A DNA stretch of 29,241 nucleotides, from positions 1 to 29,241 of the forward strand of contig JAAZGQ010000011.1 of assembly GCA_012511135.1 (NCBI GenBank), given 5' to 3'. Made by a program: the position numbers and the translations under genes. The DNA is from Bacteroidales bacterium (GTDB lineage: Bacteria; Bacteroidota; Bacteroidia; Bacteroidales; UBA1402). A model generated the notes under the pieces. The model was not told the DNA's origin. It did not search any database and was given only the letters and a program-made list of their open reading frames with translations. Shown here one piece after another: positions 25,085 through 29,241 of this stretch. Within the stretch, counting starts at the first letter, position 1. Each line of letters starts with the position of its first letter.

Positions 25085-26662
25085 GTGGTAACAGAACTAG
25101 TAGTAGATGTTCAATCCAAAGAGATTTCCTATGCTATTATCGAAGATAAAAGTTTAGTAGAGTTTCAGCAGGAAAGCGTGAATCTTTCTTTCTCGGTGGG
25201 GGACATTTTTTTGGGCCGTGTGCATAAAGTAATGCCCGGGCTCAATGCTGCTTTTGTAGATGTGGGCTATGAGAAGGATGCATTCTTACATTATTTGGAT
25301 CTGGGGCCTCAGTTTAATTCACTGAATTCCTTTACCAAACAACAACTTTCGAACAAGAAAAAACAACTCACTTTAAGTAAGTTCAATTTATTACCAGAAA
25401 TTCCCAAGGACGGACAAATTGCCGAAATATTAAGCCCTGGTCAGGAAATACCGGTTCAGATTGCCAAAGAACCTATTTCGACCAAAGGCCCCAGGCTGAC
25501 CTCCGAGATTTCGATCGCCGGGCGATTTTTGATTCTGATGCCTTTTTCAGACAAAATATCCATTTCGACAAAGATTAAATCACCCGAAGAAAGATTTCGA
25601 CTTAAACAATTGCTACAGAGCATAACACCGAAAAATTTCGGAGTGATAGTTCGTACTGTGGCAGAAAACAAAAAAGTAGCAGAACTGGATGCTGAGTTGA
25701 AATTATTATTGAAACGTTGGGACGATATTGTACTTAAGCTGCAAAACAAAAGTAAGGCACCTCAATTAATTTTCGAAGAAACCAGCCGTTCGGTGGTAAT
25801 ACTGCGTGACATTCTCAACGCTTCCTTTGAAAATATTTATGTCAATTCCCACGAGGTTTACGAAGAAATAAAAAACTACGTCAAGCTTATTATGCCCGAA
25901 AAGGCTGATATAGTCAGTGAATACAAACGCAAGACCCCAATATTTGATTTTTTTGGTATTACCAGGCAAATAAAATCTGGTTTCGGACGAATTGTATCCA
26001 TCAAAAGCGGTGCTTACCTGATTATTGAGCATACCGAGGCTTTACATGTCATTGACGTAAACAGCGGAAATCGTTCCAGAACCAACAAAGGCCAGGAAGC
26101 CAATGCTTTCGAAGTGAATACTGCTGCAGCCGATGAAATTGCCCGTCAACTTCGTTTGAGAGATCTGGGTGGTATCATTGTAGTGGACTTTATTGACATG
26201 CTCGAAGGCGAGAACCGCCAGAAATTGTTCGAAAGACTTAAGGACAAAATGTCCACGGACAGAGCAAAGCATAATATACTGCCTTTGAGCAAGTTTTGCC
26301 TGATGCAAATTACCCGGCAAAGGGTAAGGCCTCAAACCTTCATTCAAACATCAGAAACCTGTCCAACTTGTTTCGGTAAGGGAGAAATCAGGCCTTCCAT
26401 TTTGTTCACGGAAATTTTGGAAAACAAGCTAGAGTATCTGATCCGAAAATTGAAATTAAAAAAATGCACCCTCAGAGTCCACCCCTATGTGGCAGCTTAT
26501 ATTGAAAAAGGAGGATTAAGCTCCTTAAAATGGAAATGGCGACGTAAATATGGTTTGGGAATCAGTGTTGTACCTTCCCAGGCTATGACTTTTCTTGAAT
26601 ACGCCTTTTTTGATGGTAAAAATCAGGAAATAGACATGAAAGAAGAATTGGAATTAAAATAA
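25085..26662 (+). CDS. rng: Rne/Rng-family ribonuclease (RNase E/G)
   Basis: S1 domain (VMPGLNAAFVDVG...DAFLHY), KEPISTKGPR, LHVIDVNSG, QLRLRDLGGIIVVDFIDM and CPTCFGKG. GTG start. Confidence 0.93.
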   Translation: MVTELVVDVQSKEISYAIIEDKSLVEFQQESVNLSFSVGDIFLGRVHKVMPGLNAAFVDVGYEKDAFLHYLDLGPQFNSLNSFTKQQLSNKKKQLTLSKFNLLPEIPKDGQIAEILSPGQEIPVQIAKEPISTKGPRLTSEISIAGRFLILMPFSDKISISTKIKSPEERFRLKQLLQSITPKNFGVIVRTVAENKKVAELDAELKLLLKRWDDIVLKLQNKSKAPQLIFEETSRSVVILRDILNASFENIYVNSHEVYEEIKNYVKLIMPEKADIVSEYKRKTPIFDFFGITRQIKSGFGRIVSIKSGAYLIIEHTEALHVIDVNSGNRSRTNKGQEANAFEVNTAAADEIARQLRLRDLGGIIVVDFIDMLEGENRQKLFERLKDKMSTDRAKHNILPLSKFCLMQITRQRVRPQTFIQTSETCPTCFGKGEIRPSILFTEILENKLEYLIRKLKLKKCTLRVHPYVAAYIEKGGLSSLKWKWRRKYGLGISVVPSQAMTFLEYAFFDGKNQEIDMKEELELK

Positions 26663-26680
26663 TACCTTTTAGTCGCAAAG

Positions 26681-26712
26681 AAAAAAAACCGGGTTTACAG
26701 CCCGGTTTTTTA
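26681..26712. terminator. Bidirectional terminator between convergent rng and acyl-CoA ligase genes
   Basis: AAAAAACCGGGT-ttaca-GCCCGGTTTTTT, with A and T tracts on both sides. Confidence 0.85.
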
Positions 26713-26740
26713 TTTATAGATGCGATTTTGTGTACAAAAC

Positions 26741-28501
26741 TTATTTGTACAATTTCTCTATACGATCGGCGTATTTTTCCTGAATGACGTTTCGTTTAAT
26801 TTTGAGGGTAGGGGTCAGAATGCCATTTTGCTGATTCCACTCGTCGGCAATTAAATCGAAACGCTTGACTTGTTCGTGAGGAGCAAAAAAGGCATTGAAT
26901 TTTTTGACTTCCCGCTGAAAAATCGCAATGATGTCCTGGCGTTTAACCAATTCTTCATTCTCCAGCAGCGGCATATTGTGCCGCTTGCAGAAATCCTTCA
27001 GATAACCGAAATCAGGTACAATCAAGGCAGTGGCAAATTGCTTGTTCTCGCCCAGTACCACAATGTTTTCGATAAAAGGCGATTTGCTGAACTTATCCTC
27101 AAGAAGGAAAGGATTTATGTATTTGCCAAAAGAGGTCTTAAAAATGTGTTTCAACCTGCCGGTAATAACCAATAATCCATCGGAGGTGAATTTGCCGGTG
27201 TCACCGGTGTGAAACCAACCCTCTTTATCAATGACTTCAGCCGTCAGATCGGGCGCTTTATAATAACCGAGCATTACGTTGGGTCCCCGGCATATAATTT
27301 CATTAGTTTCGGTGATTTTTACTTCTACGCAGGTAAGGGGAGGCCCTACTGTGCCTTCCTCGCGTTGATTCTTCCCTCTGCGGCTTACTGCGATTACGGG
27401 AGCCGTTTCGCTTAGTCCGTAACCTTCGAATACCGGCATGTTAATAGCGTTAAAAAAGGCAGACTGGTGCTTTTGTATAGCGGCACCTCCCGAAACAATC
27501 AAATCGAAATTACCTCCGATAGCCTGGCGCCATTTGGAATAGATCAGTTTATCGGCAATTTTATGTTGCAGATTATACCACCAACTATTTCCGCTGAGTT
27601 TATATTGGTTTGCCAGCTCAAAAGCCCAGTAATACAATCTTTTTTTTAAGCCCTTTTGGGTTTTGCCGGCCAGAAATAATTTATCGTACATTTTTTCTAG
27701 TACACGTGGCACTGCCGACATCATGGTGGGTTTAACCTCTTTGATGTTTTCGGCTATAGTGCCAATGTTTTCGGCATAGTATATGGAAATGCCACGGAAA
27801 TGATATAAATAAACCAACAGGCGTTCGTAGGCATGACAAAGCGGTAAGAAGCTTAGGGCCGTTGTACTCCAGAGAGCGGGAACGTGCTGAATGTCAATAA
27901 TCTGGCACATTATGTTCTTGTGACTGATCATAACCCCTTTGGGCATACCGGTACTGCCCGAAGTGTAAATAATACTGGCTAAATCATCTTCTTTTATTTC
28001 AGCTTTTCGTTTGCTGACTTCTTCGGGATTGGGATTGGCATCTCCCAAAGCACGAAAATCAGCCAGACTGACAGCGTTTTCAGCTTCATGCAGACATATA
28101 AATTCTTTGAATAAAGGATTGTCTGCTACCAGAGGTTGAAGTTTGCGTACCAATTCTTTACTGTCCACAAAGACATATTCTACATCGGCGTGTTTTAAGA
28201 TATACTTGTAATCGCTTTGACTGATAGTAGGATAAATAGGAACTGTAATGGCTCCAATCTGCATAATGGCCATATCAAAAAAGTTCCATTCCGGGCAGTT
28301 GTTACTGATAACTCCAATTTTACAACCTGGTTTCACACCTTTGGCAATAAAGGCATAACTTAGGCGATTGACTTCTTTTACATAATCCTGAATGCTGTAA
28401 CGAAGCCATTGGCGGTTGACCTTTCCGGCAAGGGCTACTGCCTGATCGGGAAATTTTTCCACATAGTTGTCAAGCAGATCAAATAGACGAGTAACTTCCA
28501 T
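26741..28501 (-). CDS. Long-chain fatty acid-CoA ligase (AMP-binding, FadD15-like)
   Basis: IIYTSGSTGMPKG, LSFLPLCHAYER, EGYGLSET, WFHTGD and LTPTLKIKR motifs. Confidence 0.92.
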   Translation of the reverse strand: MEVTRLFDLLDNYVEKFPDQAVALAGKVNRQWLRYSIQDYVKEVNRLSYAFIAKGVKPGCKIGVISNNCPEWNFFDMAIMQIGAITVPIYPTISQSDYKYILKHADVEYVFVDSKELVRKLQPLVADNPLFKEFICLHEAENAVSLADFRALGDANPNPEEVSKRKAEIKEDDLASIIYTSGSTGMPKGVMISHKNIMCQIIDIQHVPALWSTTALSFLPLCHAYERLLVYLYHFRGISIYYAENIGTIAENIKEVKPTMMSAVPRVLEKMYDKLFLAGKTQKGLKKRLYYWAFELANQYKLSGNSWWYNLQHKIADKLIYSKWRQAIGGNFDLIVSGGAAIQKHQSAFFNAINMPVFEGYGLSETAPVIAVSRRGKNQREEGTVGPPLTCVEVKITETNEIICRGPNVMLGYYKAPDLTAEVIDKEGWFHTGDTGKFTSDGLLVITGRLKHIFKTSFGKYINPFLLEDKFSKSPFIENIVVLGENKQFATALIVPDFGYLKDFCKRHNMPLLENEELVKRQDIIAIFQREVKKFNAFFAPHEQVKRFDLIADEWNQQNGILTPTLKIKRNVIQEKYADRIEKLYK

Positions 28502-28548
28502 ATATTTCCTCTTTTATTGAAAAATAATGTTTCGAAATATTCGAGCTG

Positions 28549-28556
28549 CAAAAATA
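28549..28556 (-). promoter_or_regulatory. -7 promoter element for the acyl-CoA ligase
   Basis: Minus strand TATTTTTG followed by CA, about 47 nt before the ATG. Confidence 0.6.
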
Positions 28557-28634
28557 GACATTTAAACTATGTTTACAGAAAAAAGTGGTCAAAAACGAAA
28601 TAAAGGGACGATTATCGGCTGACTGGTCATGGAT

Positions 28635-29102
28635 TTACCATTCCGAATAAGGTTTTGTTTGCAGACTGGCATTGTAATAGTTTGTATTTCCTGTGACTTC
28701 AACTCCAAGCCAGGAAGGTTTCACATAGCTTTCATCCTCGCTGCTCAGTTCCAGTTCTGCCATAATCAGCCCCTTGTTTTTGCCTTCAAACACATCCACT
28801 TCGTAACAATGTTTCCCCTGAGGTACAAAGTAGCGGGTTTTTTCTATGGCTTGATATTCGGAGAGTTTAATTAATTCCCGGGCTTCGGTAAGTTTAAGTT
28901 CGCGTTCCCATTCGTAGCGGCTCAGGCCCGAAGGCGAACCTTCGCCCTTTATGGTTAAATAGGCTTTTTCTCCGCAAATCCGGATTCGTATACTGCATTT
29001 GGGATTGATAGTCAAGTAGGCCTGTACTATAGAGACACTGCTTTGTGCAAATTCTTTGAAGGAAGTCTTTACTAAAAATTTTCGCTCGATTTCAATAGAC
29101 AT
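28635..29102 (-). CDS. CYTH-domain protein (triphosphate tunnel metalloenzyme)
   Basis: EIERKFLV, IVQAYL, SIRIRI, LTIKG, RYEWE, IEKTRY, EVDVF and AELEL motifs. Confidence 0.93.
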   Translation of the reverse strand: MSIEIERKFLVKTSFKEFAQSSVSIVQAYLTINPKCSIRIRICGEKAYLTIKGEGSPSGLSRYEWERELKLTEARELIKLSEYQAIEKTRYFVPQGKHCYEVDVFEGKNKGLIMAELELSSEDESYVKPSWLGVEVTGNTNYYNASLQTKPYSEW

Positions 29103-29124
29103 AATTGTATATATTTTTAACTGC

Positions 29125-29132
29125 CAAAATTA
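29125..29132 (-). promoter_or_regulatory. -7 promoter element for the CYTH gene
   Basis: Minus strand TAATTTTG, 22 nt before the ATG. Confidence 0.55.
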
Positions 29133-29144
29133 GAAATTTTACTT

Positions 29145-29152
29145 TACCTTCG
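29145..29152 (+). promoter_or_regulatory. Variant -7 element (TAnnTTCG) for the downstream gene
   Basis: TACCTTCG, 24 nt before ATG 29177, back-to-back with the CYTH promoter. Confidence 0.45.
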
Positions 29153-29176
29153 TTCCTGTTTTTCAATTGGATTATT

Positions 29177-29241
29177 ATGAAAACAAAAAACAGCTGGCTT
29201 ATTATGCTCTTTTTGGTTTGGGGTCTTATGTTGGCCCAGGC
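29177..29241 (+). CDS. N-terminus (signal peptide) of a secreted protein, runs off the window
   Basis: MKTKNSWLIMLFLVWGLMLAQ(A): basic N-region plus hydrophobic core, no stop codon before the window end. Confidence 0.65.
   Translation, partial: MKTKNSWLIMLFLVWGLMLAQ

Noticed and set aside
7132-28501. coaX + PPTase + acyl-CoA ligase + FadL-like barrel as one CoA/lipid pathway cluster
   Set aside because: The genes are in different transcription units up to 20 kb apart, each in its own housekeeping context, and no carrier protein or synthase is present.
28502-28515. Shine-Dalgarno-like AAGAGGA before the acyl-CoA ligase start
   Set aside because: A single short match, and Bacteroidota generally do not use SD pairing; not distinguishable from chance.
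1-29241. Mobile elements, tRNA/rRNA genes, stop-codon reassignment
   Set aside because: No transposase, integrase, att-like or tRNA-like sequence recognised. Conserved genes are full length and end at TAA, TAG or TGA normally.

Overview
Chromosomal segment of a Bacteroidota (most likely Bacteroidales) bacterium, judged from TAnnTTTG promoters, AT-rich start regions mostly without Shine-Dalgarno motifs, and gene order. Left end (1-7127) is the tail of a glycan-utilisation cluster: SASA O-acetylesterase, DUF5703/GH95-like hydrolase, GH2 and a FucR-like GntR regulator. It runs straight into a housekeeping/envelope block (coaX, FadL-like barrel, TPR protein, lptC, ppiD-like, rlmN, DUF4837, pdxA, sigma54-type AAA+ regulator, lptE, TPR protein, secG), followed by btuF/btuC-like genes, the minus-strand mutY-ssb-PPTase unit, the plus-strand hup-bS22-rng unit, an acyl-CoA ligase, a CYTH protein and the start of a secreted protein. 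I see no tRNA, rRNA, CRISPR array or mobile element. Main observations beyond the ORF track: a missed 29-aa ribosomal protein gene (bS22/AURKAIP1-COX24 type); a frameshift separating the DUF5703 enzyme from its signal peptide; an in-frame 36-bp tandem repeat inside the PPTase; apparent absence of both CNNM/CorC paralogues from their usual slots; an 11-bp inverted repeat overlapping a promoter; and a structured leader before the RNase E/G gene. I cannot point to one clearly novel system. These are candidates, and all family and synteny calls come from motif recognition and recall, not database searches.
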